From assembly GCA_965237525.1 (NCBI GenBank), contig CBDEFO010000008.1, positions 1,856,001 to 1,920,000 on the forward strand: a stretch of 64,000 bases of DNA. Direction: 5' to 3'. A model generated the notes under the pieces. That model worked only from the letters and a program-made list of their open reading frames with translations, did not search any database and had not been told where the DNA came from. Positions 53,665 through 64,000 of the stretch are shown here, piece by piece (the first letter of the stretch is position 1; each line of letters starts with the position of its first letter). The translations under genes and the position numbers were made by a program. The DNA is from Candidatus Latescibacterota bacterium (GTDB taxonomy: Bacteria > Latescibacterota > CBDEFO01).

Positions 53665-55032
53665 TCAGGGTCTACTGTTTACTATCACTGACGATCCATC
53701 CAGGTCATCAGGGTGGCAAGGCCACTTTGCAACAGGCAGTTCCATCAGTTCAAGGACAGTGGGGAAAGAATCGCCTATCCATATTGCTCTGTCCCCTTGT
53801 ATATCTTTGCCCCTTATGTACAAAAATGCGTCGTCGTAAGTATGAGTTCCCGTGAAGACATCTTTTTGAAAGGGCGCATCCCTGTTGAAATCGCCTTTCA
53901 GATCGTATCCTGCATTGGGTAAAGCTATCATGTCGGGGGCTCGATCGTAGGCTCCGGTATCGTCTCTCGTGTATATCTCCTCTTTTTCTACCACCCTTCC
54001 TATGACGGGATCTCCTGTGTCAGGATCAGATAGTGCAAGTAACTCCCCTTTCAATCGGTCCTTGATAACATTGTAGTCTTGGGGGTGCACAGAGCCTTTT
54101 GGTTCCCTCCCTTTAAGGTTAGTGTAGATCCTTCCCGGAGCAAGGCTGTAAGCGCGCGACTCTGGGCGGATCGAATCGAGAGAGTCTCCCCCGAGTGCAA
54201 GCCATCCTCTCTCCTGAAGGATTCGATTTACGGCAACCTCTTTTTTGAGTGAGCAGAACCCGTGATCTGATAGGATCATCAGCGCTGTATCGTCGCCAAG
54301 CCTGCGGGTGAATTCTCCGAGTATTGCGTCTATTTTCCTGTAAAATCTGATAAAGGCGGGAGCGTATACGGGATCGCCGCCCTCCCAATATTCCCACAGG
54401 AAATGGTGGAGCCTGTCGGTCTCCATGATGTGGACCATGAAAAAGTCCCATGTCTCTTTTTCCCAGAAGGCGCACATAGCCTCAATTTTCCTGTCGAGGA
54501 CATAGTCCAGGTCTGAAAGGAGGAATTCCGTGGACTCTTTGGCTCTTTTTATATCTATGTCTATGCGATAGCCCATCTTTTTGAGTTGATCTGATACATG
54601 TGGGGGATATGCGGCTCTGGCGATCTGGATGCACAGGAATCCCGAAATGAGGACGCCGTTGATTTTTCTCGGAGGATACGTAACGGGAACATTCATAGAG
54701 AAGACGCGTTTAGATAGTTCGCTCAAGTGCTCCCAGAGCGTCCTTGACGTAAGGTCTAAAGAGGTGGGCACGAAGATTTCATAGGTACCCCGATGTCTGT
54801 CGGTAAAGCCGTATATATTGTGTCTGCCGGGGCTTACGCCCGTCAGAAAAGACGCCCAAGCTGTGGAGGACACGCAGGGAACAGTGGAGAGCATAGGCTT
54901 GAGAGAACCTTCCTTGAAGATCCGAGAGAGGTTCGGAAGGATCCCCTCTGATGTGAGGCGACGTATGAGACTGTATGGGGTGCCGTCGAGGGCAATGACG
55001 ACTATCCTTTTCCCCTTAGTCTTTATCAGCAT
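53665..55032 (-). CDS. Alkaline phosphatase superfamily (type I phosphodiesterase/NPP-like)
   Basis: IALDG, STAWASFLTG, DRLHH, SDHGF, GTH. Confidence 0.88.
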   Translation of the reverse strand: MLIKTKGKRIVVIALDGTPYSLIRRLTSEGILPNLSRIFKEGSLKPMLSTVPCVSSTAWASFLTGVSPGRHNIYGFTDRHRGTYEIFVPTSLDLTSRTLWEHLSELSKRVFSMNVPVTYPPRKINGVLISGFLCIQIARAAYPPHVSDQLKKMGYRIDIDIKRAKESTEFLLSDLDYVLDRKIEAMCAFWEKETWDFFMVHIMETDRLHHFLWEYWEGGDPVYAPAFIRFYRKIDAILGEFTRRLGDDTALMILSDHGFCSLKKEVAVNRILQERGWLALGGDSLDSIRPESRAYSLAPGRIYTNLKGREPKGSVHPQDYNVIKDRLKGELLALSDPDTGDPVIGRVVEKEEIYTRDDTGAYDRAPDMIALPNAGYDLKGDFNRDAPFQKDVFTGTHTYDDAFLYIRGKDIQGDRAIWIGDSFPTVLELMELPVAKWPCHPDDLDGSSVIVNSRP

Positions 55033-55126
55033 GAAGTCTTCTCCGCAAGATATGGCCGCAACTTATAGAAAGACGGGATATCTACTGTCCACTAACCTGG
55101 AGGGGCGGCGGCGCCCTGTCTCTTCT

Positions 55127-56515
55127 CTAACCAGACAGAATGTCTGCTCTACTGTCTGATTGCTTAATGTCGAAGAGATTCAGGACTGTAGGGGCTATAT
55201 CCAGAAGGTGAAGACTTTCAAGTTTACGCCCCCTTCCGGGATTTTGAGGATCGTACGCAATGAATAAGCCATGCTGAGCGTGGTTGGCGTCGTCGGGGCC
55301 AAGGTCGGTCTCAAAGGTGCGGATGTCACCTATTCCGATGCCCCCTACCGATCTCCAGTATAGGTCACCGAAGTGGATTATGAGGTCTGAGGGGATGTTG
55401 TGGCACTCAGAGTAGATCTCCTGCGGCTTATAGACTCTGGTGCCTATGTTGTTTCCATTTTCATCTGTGAGGGCTTCGAGCTTAGAGACAAGTTCATCTC
55501 TGACCTTCTCGTAGTCCCCCGGGGGAATGACCCCAGTTGGTTCTCTGCCACTTACGTTCAGAAAGAGACGGCCGTAATATCCGCCTGAACCCCAGGCTTT
55601 TGTATTCTCCCAATCCACCTCCACTTCTTCAATCTGAACGATGCCCTCGGGTTTACGCTTGATCTTGAGGTATCCCTCCTCTATCAGCCATTCGTTGATG
55701 CAGATGCCGCCGTCCATACGTTTGGCCCCATGGTCGGATACCACAAGGACTGCTGTATCGTCGTCCAAGAGCTCTAAAGTCTTTCCTATCTCTTCGTCTA
55801 TGTAGATGTAGTAATCTCTGATGGAGTTCTTGTAAGGAGAATCGGGAGAATGCTTGCGGTGCTCCTTATCCCGGAACTTCCAGAAGCCGTGATGTATCCT
55901 ATCTATCCCTATCTCCATGAATATAAAGAAGTCCCATTCCTTTTCGGTTAAGAGATGCCTTACGACCTTGAATCTCCTTTCGGTCATTTCGTATATCTGT
56001 CTTAAGAGATAGTCTTTATCCTCCGTGCGGAACTTCCTGACGTCAACTATGTATTCGCCCACCAGGTTATCTATTTCCGCCTTCAGTGCAGGGGGATAGG
56101 TGTACTGCTTCGTTGTTGAAGGGGTCATAAAGCAGGTTACTAAAGAGCCGTTGATCGGACGAGGGGGGTAGGAGGGAGGGATACCGATTACGACGGACTT
56201 CTTATTATATCGGGCAAGTATGTCCCAGAGGGTCTGTTCCTTGACAGACCTGGAGTCTACGATGGCGAGGTCTTCGTAGCTGTAGTTAGCCCGGTTCCTG
56301 AACCCGTAGAAGCCGAGCCTCCCGGGATCTAACCCAGTCATCATGCACATCCAGGCGGGGACGGTTATGGGCGGGATGATGCTCTCTAATTTTCCGTAGG
56401 AGCCTTCATCCATAAGTCTGCTCAAATGGGGAAGTTGGTCTTTCCATTCGTCAAAGACCAGCTCAGGAGCAGCGCAGTCGAGTCCGATAACAAAGACTTT
56501 TGGCTGGTTTGGCAT
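55127..56515 (-). CDS. Alkaline phosphatase superfamily (type I phosphodiesterase/NPP-like)
   Basis: IGLDC, PPITVPAW, DRIHHGFW, SDHG, DDANH. Confidence 0.88.
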   Translation of the reverse strand: MPNQPKVFVIGLDCAAPELVFDEWKDQLPHLSRLMDEGSYGKLESIIPPITVPAWMCMMTGLDPGRLGFYGFRNRANYSYEDLAIVDSRSVKEQTLWDILARYNKKSVVIGIPPSYPPRPINGSLVTCFMTPSTTKQYTYPPALKAEIDNLVGEYIVDVRKFRTEDKDYLLRQIYEMTERRFKVVRHLLTEKEWDFFIFMEIGIDRIHHGFWKFRDKEHRKHSPDSPYKNSIRDYYIYIDEEIGKTLELLDDDTAVLVVSDHGAKRMDGGICINEWLIEEGYLKIKRKPEGIVQIEEVEVDWENTKAWGSGGYYGRLFLNVSGREPTGVIPPGDYEKVRDELVSKLEALTDENGNNIGTRVYKPQEIYSECHNIPSDLIIHFGDLYWRSVGGIGIGDIRTFETDLGPDDANHAQHGLFIAYDPQNPGRGRKLESLHLLDIAPTVLNLFDIKQSDSRADILSG

Positions 56516-56750
56516 TTTACCTTCCGCTGATATTCAATTGTGACTAGCTACTAGTGCCTATTTATTCCAAAATGCCCAATGTGTGGGGGCAGACCCAAGT
56601 GTCTGCCCTGAACATACAGATAAATTGCGCACGTCAGACAGGAATGTCTGACCCACCAGAAGAGCGTGTTGATAATGTGGTCGGTAGGACAGTCCCCGCT
56701 CCCCGATTGAGTCTATCGGCGATTCAACCGGGGATTTGTCTGTCCCCTGT

Positions 56751-57869
56751 CTACTTGTTTCGAGTTCCCAGCTTCACAAAGGGAGGCCGGACGACTTCTG
56801 CGGCCTTACTGCTGCCTCTTATATCTACTGCGATCTGCGTTCCTTCTTCCCTGTGATTCCACGACACATATCCCATTCCTATCCCACATTTCAGGGAGGG
56901 AGAAAAGGTCCCGCTCGTTACAGAGCCTATCTCTTTTCCGTCTTTGCACAGTATCTTCTGATGACTTCTGGGTATCGCCTTTTCCACCATCTTGAAGCCT
57001 ACGAGTCTCTTTTTCAAGCCGTCCCTTTTCTGTCTCAGAAGGGCATCCTTGCCCACAAAGTCCTGGGGCTTATCCAGCTTGACCGTCCATTTGAGGCGAG
57101 CCTCCAGGGGCGTTACGTCCTCGGTAAGATCGTTCCCGTAGAGTGGGTACCCTGCTTCTAATCTCAGAGTATCCCTTGCGCCGAGGCCCGCAGGTACTGC
57201 GCCGTCTGTCGAGAGCGCCTCCCATACAGCGGCCGCATCGGACGGATCGCAGATTATCTCAAATCCGTCCTCTCCTGTGTAGCCCGTCCGGGAGATAATG
57301 CACTCTTCCCCTGTGGATATCTTCCCTTCCACAAACCAGTAGTAGCCAATTTCGGAGAGGTTCACATCAGTGTGCCCAGACAAGATCTCCTCAGCATGGG
57401 GACCCTGAAGCGCTATCATAGCGTATTCCTGGCTGACGTTTCGTGCTGATACATAATCAAATTCCCGCACTCTTTCTGCTGTCCACTCGTAGTCTGTATC
57501 TATCCTTGAGGCGTTGACCACAAGGAGAAAGAGGTCTTCCCTGCGCTTTAAGCAGACCAGATCGTCTATGATCCCGCCTTTTTCATTGCACATAGGAGAA
57601 TACAAAATTCTCCCTGGAACGAGGGAAGCAATGAGGTTCGGGAGCAGGTATTCCAAGAACTGTTCGGCTCTTTTCCCCTCGATTTCAATCTGTCCCATGT
57701 GAGAAACGTCGAAGATGCCGACCTTCTGTCTAACTTTGAGGTGCTCAAAGTTTATGCCCTGATACTGGACGGGCATCTCAAAACCTGCAAATTCTACCAT
57801 CTTAGCGCTACTTTTGATATGCAGGTCGTAAAGAGGAGCCCTCTTAAGATCTCCTTCTGAATTTTCCAT
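56751..57869 (-). CDS. gcvT: Glycine cleavage aminomethyltransferase
   Basis: FDVSHMG, RTGYTGEDGFE, GLGARDTLRLEAG. Confidence 0.96.
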   Translation of the reverse strand: MENSEGDLKRAPLYDLHIKSSAKMVEFAGFEMPVQYQGINFEHLKVRQKVGIFDVSHMGQIEIEGKRAEQFLEYLLPNLIASLVPGRILYSPMCNEKGGIIDDLVCLKRREDLFLLVVNASRIDTDYEWTAERVREFDYVSARNVSQEYAMIALQGPHAEEILSGHTDVNLSEIGYYWFVEGKISTGEECIISRTGYTGEDGFEIICDPSDAAAVWEALSTDGAVPAGLGARDTLRLEAGYPLYGNDLTEDVTPLEARLKWTVKLDKPQDFVGKDALLRQKRDGLKKRLVGFKMVEKAIPRSHQKILCKDGKEIGSVTSGTFSPSLKCGIGMGYVSWNHREEGTQIAVDIRGSSKAAEVVRPPFVKLGTRNK

Positions 57870-58848
57870 AATCTTTACCTTTATCCATGTCTATCTATCT
57901 TGTCATCCCGAAGTTGTCCAAAAAGATCACAAAGTCGGACAGACCGACCCCACCATCGCCGTTCAAGTCGAACGTTGGATCCCAATCTAGTGAACTGTTC
58001 GTTGTCCCGAACACATCCAGAAAACGGACAAAGTCGGAAAGATCTACTTCATTATCCCCATCGAAATCGCCGGCGAGATCAATTATGCTAGAGGGCCCAG
58101 AGATATTGAACAGCACTGATATGCTGTCTCTTCTCCTGTTGACTACAACCAGGTCGCTGTCACCATCTCCGTCCAGACCCGTCATGAAAAGCCAACGCGG
58201 CCTATCACCGGCAAAGTAGTCCATCCTCACACCGAACGTTCCGTCTCCGTCGTTCAATAACACCGATACAGTGTTGCTGATTACGATAGCTACAGCTATG
58301 TCGTTGTCTCCGTCCCCGTCTAAATCCTCAATGAATACTGACATAGGTTGAATTCCAACGCTATAGTCCTCCCTGGTGCCGAATCTCCCATCTCCTTTGT
58401 TAAGCAACATTGATACGCTATCGCCCTTCCAGTTCGCCGCAGCCAAGTCATAATGCCCATCACCGTTCAAATCCACACCTAAAACTGACCAGGGTTCATC
58501 CCCAACATCGTAGTCGGCCCTATTTGCGAACGTCCCATCTCCATTGTTTAGCAAAACTGATATGTTATTACTAGCCGAGTTGGCTACGGCCAAGTCATTG
58601 TGACCATCGCCGTTTAGGTCCGCACCATAAACTGCACGTGGACTATTCCCCACTTCATAGTCTGTCCTGGGCGCATATGTGCCATCTCCATTGTTTAATA
58701 ACACCGACATGGTATTGCTCTCGAAATTACCAACGGCTAAGTCCTTATGGCCATCTCCACCCAAATCCGCGCCGAAAACTGAACGAGGTCCACCGCCAAC
58801 CGGATATACCGCCCTGGCTGCGAATGTGCCGTTTCCGTTGTTCATTAA

Positions 58849-60367
58849 AAGCCTTGTGAAATAGTTATGTCCCAGGCAGCGTCTGAAGCGCCGATTATGG
58901 GTCAAAGAGTAGCATATCGTATCGTTTTGCTGTGGAATAAGCAAAATAGTCTTATCAGAGTTCTGGTCAGCAAGGAATAGGAGTTGTTTGAAGAACAGGA
59001 TGCACTGTCTTTGACAGACAGGGCACACATAGACGCTTTCCCCCTTCTTATGAAAGATACAAGCCTCTTGAGATTCTGTACTGTTGCAACAAGATTCAAC
59101 TGTTCATTCAGTGAGGCTGGTCCTCTATAACGGGCTCGTCCCATACCGTGTTGTTGCCTGGCTTCAGCAAAGATATGTTCACTGCGTTTACGGAGTCTCC
59201 GGGAGAGTTTGTAGTCAGCTGTTAATGAGATAGACCGTGCATGATTTCTGGCTTTCGCCTCTCGCACTTTTCTATCCCGTTCGGCCTGAATATGTGCTGG
59301 ATTTGTCTTGTTTTTCCATGTAGGAATCGGTTCAATCTTCTCATCGGCTCGCAGAGGAATATGGGGTATGATTCCCCGGTCAAGTACATCAGCGATAAAA
59401 TTACCAGAACCGTAACCGGTATCGGCACTAAGTGTCTGAATGTCTTTGGGCATGGTGTATGTTTCAAGGTCATCTACCATCTTAAGGGCACTTTCGGGCT
59501 CTGCTGTCCCTGTCGCCTGCGTGCCCTGAGTCTCAAGGATTACTCTGCTTTTTGTGTCGATCAGATCATGGCCCATAAACGAGAGAAAAGCCCCTTTGCC
59601 CTTCGATTTGCTGTATAAGCGCGCGTCGGGGTCTGTAGTCGAACGGTGTGTTTGGTTCGTCCACTTTTCACCATGAAAGTCTTTATCCTGAGGATGCCCG
59701 GACCTACCCTTTGTCTTATCACCTTCAAAACCGATTCCCTTGAGATAATCATCAAGAGAAAAAGGGGGTTCTATCGGCTCAATACTTTTCACTGAAGCAT
59801 CAGCTTGTATCTGAGTGCCGTCGACACTAAGGTGTTTACCGCTCACAACACCGACATCTATGCAACACTGGACTACCTGACGCATTATCCGTTCAAACAA
59901 CCCACTGGATGCCCACTTGTGATTGCGAAGCTTGTTGATCGTGCTCCTATCCGGAACCGCATCATCAAATGTCTGATGACAAAACAACCGATATGCCGCA
60001 TGCATCCCCACTTCCTGACAGAGCCGATTCTCACTCAAATTATACAGATAGCCAATAAGGATCATTCGAACAACTAATTCAGGATCAATACCGGGTCTGC
60101 CATTGTCAGGGCAATAACAATCTGATACAACGTCTCGTACAAATGAAAAATCAACTGCCTCATCAATCTGACGAAGGATATGATCCTCGGGAACTAAATC
60201 CTCCATCTGAAAATAGTGAAACATCGGATTTGTCTGTTCCTGCTCTTGTGGGGTCATTGTTTCCTCCATGTATAATATTATCAATAACATAATATAATAC
60301 ATCGGAGCTGCTTTATCAATGCTTGTTCTATACTACTTTCTGAATCTAAGGGTTTTTCACAAGGCTT
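58849..60367 (-). mobile_element. IS1182-like insertion sequence, copy 2
   Basis: Same IRs as copy 1; TTAA duplicated at 58845-58848 and 60368-60371. Confidence 0.93.
58902..60257 (-). CDS. IS1182-family transposase (intact)
   Basis: Full DDE ORF including RKRSEHIFAEAR and GRARYRG. Confidence 0.9.
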   Translation of the reverse strand: MTPQEQEQTNPMFHYFQMEDLVPEDHILRQIDEAVDFSFVRDVVSDCYCPDNGRPGIDPELVVRMILIGYLYNLSENRLCQEVGMHAAYRLFCHQTFDDAVPDRSTINKLRNHKWASSGLFERIMRQVVQCCIDVGVVSGKHLSVDGTQIQADASVKSIEPIEPPFSLDDYLKGIGFEGDKTKGRSGHPQDKDFHGEKWTNQTHRSTTDPDARLYSKSKGKGAFLSFMGHDLIDTKSRVILETQGTQATGTAEPESALKMVDDLETYTMPKDIQTLSADTGYGSGNFIADVLDRGIIPHIPLRADEKIEPIPTWKNKTNPAHIQAERDRKVREAKARNHARSISLTADYKLSRRLRKRSEHIFAEARQQHGMGRARYRGPASLNEQLNLVATVQNLKRLVSFIRRGKASMCALSVKDSASCSSNNSYSLLTRTLIRLFCLFHSKTIRYATL

Positions 60368-61093
60368 TTAATACAGACGCAGTATTGCCGTAGAAATCGG
60401 CCACAGCCAAGTCATTATCTCCATCTCTATCGAAATCCACACTGAATACTGAATTGGGAGCATCCCCGGCAGCATAGTCCACCTTAGGTGAAAATGTGCC
60501 ATCTCCATTATTCAAGGACACTGACACAGTATTGGCGAACCTATTGGCCACAGCTAAATCGTTATATCCATCGTCATCTAAATCTGTGCAGAAGACCGAT
60601 GCAGGAGCGTCCCCAGCAGGATAGTCTACTTTATTCGCAAATGTCCCGTCTCCATTATTGGACAACACAGATATATTATCGCTGAGCCAGTTAGCCACAG
60701 CCAGATCATAGTCTCCATCGTCATCCAGATCTGCGCTGAAGAGCGAGGCCGGGGTAGCACCAGCAAGATAGTCTGCCTTGGCTGTAAATGTTCCGTCTCC
60801 GTTGTTGAACAGGACAGACACATTGTCGTTGTTGAGATTGGCCACAGCCAGGTCATTATCTCCATCGCTATCAAGATCTGCGCTGAAGATCTATACCGGA
60901 CGATCGCCAACGGGGTAGTCAGTCCGGATTCCGAAAATAGCCTGTGCAGAGGCAGGCGCGTTCAAAGCGAGCGATAGCACCAGAGTAGCATATGGGATAG
61001 TTCGACTCATTTTGATGATCTACTTGTTGGTATAGTGCTCACCATTGTGTGGAACTCCAGGCCTTGGTCCTTGGTAATCGATATTTCTTGGAT

Positions 61094-62239
61094 TTATCCA
61101 GCCCTGCCGAAGTTATCCAAGAAGATCACAAAGTCGGACAGACCGACATCCCCATCATCGTCCAAGTCAAATGCAGGATCCCAATCGGCTGAAGTGGTTG
61201 TTGCCCCAAACACATCCAGAAAACGGACAAAGTCGGAAAGTCCTACTTCACTGTCCCCATCGAAATCACCTACAAGGCCGGGGACGCCAACAGGGATATC
61301 GGAGAGATTTAACAGAACTGAAATGTAATCCATGAGGCCAGAGTTAGCCACAGCCAGGTCGTTATCTCCATCTCCATCTAAATCTGCCGCGAATAGTGAT
61401 ACGGGAGTATATCCAGCGGGATAGTTTAGCTTAGGTGCGAATGTGCCATCTCCGTTATTCATCAATATTGACACATTGTCACTTCCCCCATTAGCTACAG
61501 CTAGATCACTATCGTCATCTCCATCTAAATCTGCAACGAATACTGATTTCGGGTAACGCCCAACAGCATACTCCATGTTGCTTGGAAAGGTCCCATCGCC
61601 CTTATTCAATAGCAGGGATACACTGTGCCTGGAGTAGTTAGGCACAGCCAGATCATTGTCTCTATCCCCATCCAAATCTGCAGCGAATACCGAAGAACCT
61701 CCGCTGATATCGTAGTCAGTCCTTGGCGCGAAAAGACCGGTGCGAGTAACGATTTCTATGGTCTTTTCGGCTACCGATGTAATTCCAGGTTCATATGATT
61801 TGAATTCTCCCTTAATGGTATAGGTTCCTTCAGGTAGTGTTTCACTTTTGAGACATCCCCAATTGTCTTCTGTGCATTCGTCTAATTTCCACATAAATAG
61901 AAAGGCGGTTTCACCGGGTTTAAGCTCCACCTCTGTTATTAGATCACAATGTGTACCAGGAGGGATTATGAACCTTCTCCCGGAAGAATCAAAATAGGAT
62001 AGAGTACAAGCCTCGTAAAATGGATTAAATATATACGATACTTTGCCCGTATTTTTTATCATAATTTCTACTGGTTCTCCAACATTGTGAGTATCGCTGA
62101 TAGCAAATTGTATATCTGAAGTGACGCTATCTATCTGACTTTTCGCTCCCGTGTTGCCGGTCGCCCAGATGTCCACATATAAATACTGATTTAGAGCAAC
62201 CGATAGCACTATAACAGTAAAGAAGATCTTTCGATTCAT
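61094..62239 (-). CDS. Secreted protein: Cys-containing Ig-like domain, FG-GAP repeats, dockerin/EF-hand tail
   Basis: Signal peptide MNRKIFF; ADLDGDxDxDLAVAN repeats; tail nearly identical to that of the neighbouring gene. Confidence 0.8.
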   Translation of the reverse strand: MNRKIFFTVIVLSVALNQYLYVDIWATGNTGAKSQIDSVTSDIQFAISDTHNVGEPVEIMIKNTGKVSYIFNPFYEACTLSYFDSSGRRFIIPPGTHCDLITEVELKPGETAFLFMWKLDECTEDNWGCLKSETLPEGTYTIKGEFKSYEPGITSVAEKTIEIVTRTGLFAPRTDYDISGGSSVFAADLDGDRDNDLAVPNYSRHSVSLLLNKGDGTFPSNMEYAVGRYPKSVFVADLDGDDDSDLAVANGGSDNVSILMNNGDGTFAPKLNYPAGYTPVSLFAADLDGDGDNDLAVANSGLMDYISVLLNLSDIPVGVPGLVGDFDGDSEVGLSDFVRFLDVFGATTTSADWDPAFDLDDDGDVGLSDFVIFLDNFGRAG

Positions 62240-62294
62240 AGTGATTCTCTTTCCAGCTAGATAGTCCACAGAATTCTGCACAGCACTGACCTCC

Positions 62295-62486
62295 TCAGAA
62301 CCAATGCAGTTTCTCCCCCAGAACGTTCTCGAATATATTCAACGCTCTGTCCAGATCTTCATCTCTATGGGCCGGTGACAGGTAGGTCTTACCTCCGGGA
62401 GTCACGAAGAGGTCTCTCTTTAGGAGTTCTATCCGAAATCTCCGGGCCTTATGGGCGTCCGCCTTCAGATAGGACTCCCAATCCAC
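62295..62486 (-). pseudogene. C-terminal fragment of a class III aminotransferase (GSA aminomutase-like)
   Basis: ELLKRDLFVTPGGKTYLSPAHRDEDLDRAL. Confidence 0.5.
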
Positions 62487-62509
62487 TCGGTCTCTCCTGT
62501 ATTTGACGG

Positions 62510-63188
62510 TCAGGCATCAGTTTTGTAGAAACTCTCTATAGCCTTGACAGCCTCCTGGGGTGTCTCGACTATCTGGAATATATCCATATCCTCAGGAGAA
62601 ATATACTTCTCCGTCAAAAGGACTTTCTTCATCCAATCTACAAGACCGTTCCAGTATTCTCCTCCCATAAGGATTACGGGAAAGTTGTGTATCCTTTCAG
62701 TCTGAATCAAGGTTGTAGCTTCGAAGAATTCATCCAGTGTTCCCAAACCGCCCGGAAATATGACGAATGCCGAGGCGTACTTCACGAACATGGTCTTGCG
62801 GGAGAAGAAGTATCTGAACGATAACAGGGTCTCGATGTAGGGATTCGGCTTCTGCTCTGAGGGAAGTTCTATGTTCAAGCCGATGGACTTTCCCCTTTGT
62901 CCCTAACGCTCCTTTGTTGGCCGCCTCCATAATCCCCGGCCCACCACCCGTTATCACGGCGTATCCGGCCTGAGCAAAGAGCTGTGCGGTTTCTTCTGCT
63001 TTTTTGTAGAACTTGCTGTCTTCTGGAGTCCTGGCAGATCCGAAGATTGTGACTGCGGGTCCTATCTTTGAGAGATCCTCAAATCCCTCCACAAACTCCG
63101 CCACTATCCTGAAGATCCGCCACGTATCGTCTTGGGTGAAGCTGGAACTCGTGTCTCTGTCCAGGCTCGTATAATCATCTGATCTCAT
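62510..63188 (-). CDS. LOG family (TIGR00730) protein, +1 frameshift near 62890
   Basis: WRIFRIVAEF, FGSAR, TGGGPGIMEAAN, then FFSRK and PGGLGTLDE in another frame. Confidence 0.85.
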
Positions 63189-63373
63189 CTTATCTCCTTG
63201 AAAAACATAAGGGGTCCCCTCAGTCAGACAGGAATGTCTGACCCACCACAAAGTGTGTTGATAATATGGTTGGTAGGGCAGTCCCCGATTGAGTCTATCG
63301 GGGATTCAATCGGGGATTTGTCTGTCCATTTGCACATCACACGGGAGTGTCTGACTCTTCTTGGGGAAAAGGT

Positions 63374-64000
63374 TCAATGCGCCTCCAACCAGCTGTCTCC
63401 GACTCCCACTTCCACCTTTATCGGCACAGAAAGTTCATATGCCCCTTCCATGTCCTCTACAATTAAGCGCTTTGCCTCCTCCACCTCATCTTTGGGGGTC
63501 TCAAAGACGAGTTCGTCGTGAACCTGAAGTATCATCTTAGTTCTCAGGTTCTCCTTTTTGATCCTTCTGTGGATGTTGATCATCGCGATCTTTATGATGT
63601 CTGCGGCTGTTCCCTGAATAGGCGTGTTGATAGCTGTCCTTTCGGAAACTTCTCGAATCCTTGCATTGGAACTCTTGATTTCAGGAAGATACCTCCTCCT
63701 GCCCAGAAGCGTGGTTACATATCCCTTTTCTTTGGCATCCTGAATCGTCTGATCGAAGTATCTTTTGACTCCCGGATAGACCGCAAAGTAACTGTCTATA
63801 AAATCCTGCGCCTCCTTTTGGCCTATTCCCAACTGTCTGGACAGCCCGAAGGCAGTCTGTCCGTAAATCGTGGCGAAGTTGACGGTCTTTGCCTGCGCCC
63901 TCATCTCGGGGGTCACTAACTCCGGGAATACGTTGAACATAAGAGAAGCTGTCTTCTGATGAACGTCTTCATCTCTTTTGAAGGCCTCTATGAGGGCGTC
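63374..64000 (-). CDS. polA: DNA polymerase I, C-terminal part (runs off the window)
   Basis: RAQAKTVNFATIYG, TLLGRRR, NTPIQGTAAD, LQVHDEL. Confidence 0.97.
   Translation of the reverse strand, partial: DALIEAFKRDEDVHQKTASLMFNVFPELVTPEMRAQAKTVNFATIYGQTAFGLSRQLGIGQKEAQDFIDSYFAVYPGVKRYFDQTIQDAKEKGYVTTLLGRRRYLPEIKSSNARIREVSERTAINTPIQGTAADIIKIAMINIHRRIKKENLRTKMILQVHDELVFETPKDEVEEAKRLIVEDMEGAYELSVPIKVEVGVGDSWLEAH

Larger units (their letters stand above)
57895..61010 (-). pseudogene. Secreted FG-GAP/VCBS repeat protein with dockerin/EF-hand tail; IS-interrupted and with a nonsense codon
   Basis: Signal peptide from ATG 61010; in-frame TAG at 60891-60893; ASVL|MNNGNG rejoins in frame across the IS; GDFDGD...DF tail. 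Confidence 0.85.

Noticed and set aside
57895..59028. 377-aa ORF as an intact gene
   Set aside because: Its first roughly 60 residues are read out of the IS end; it is the 3' half of the interrupted FG-GAP gene.
60891..60893. Pyrrolysine readthrough at the in-frame TAG
   Set aside because: The equivalent repeat position is Ser (TCG to TAG is one change), and the gene is also IS-disrupted.

Overview
Bacterial chromosomal window, probably from an FCB-group candidate lineage (Latescibacterota-like). That placement is inferred from the DUF4159/DUF4175/MoxR/DUF58 cluster and the secreted FG-GAP proteins with dockerin-like tails. Much of the window is housekeeping (mutL-miaA, dxs, nadA, ispH, mtaB, miaB, lipA, bioB, gcvT, polA), with accessory inserts, two IS1182-like copies carrying TTAA target duplications, decayed toxin-antitoxin genes and abundant REP-like repeats. 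The main highlights are four. (1) A tRNA-His / long HisRS / archaeal-EF-1alpha-like GTPase / short HisG / HisD cluster at 21.3-26.8 kb, which I do not recognise as a described system. (2) A probable secreted selenoprotein (FG-GAP + ASPIC/UnbV + TlpA thioredoxin) with an in-frame UGA and a SECIS-like hairpin at 3.5-6.3 kb. (3) An HU-antitoxin fusion upstream of a RelE-like toxin at 13.3-15.7 kb. (4) Short repeats that supply stop codons, C-termini and signal-peptide-like segments to many genes. Several single-base frameshifts may be sequencing errors. All family calls come from reading motifs by eye; no searches were run.
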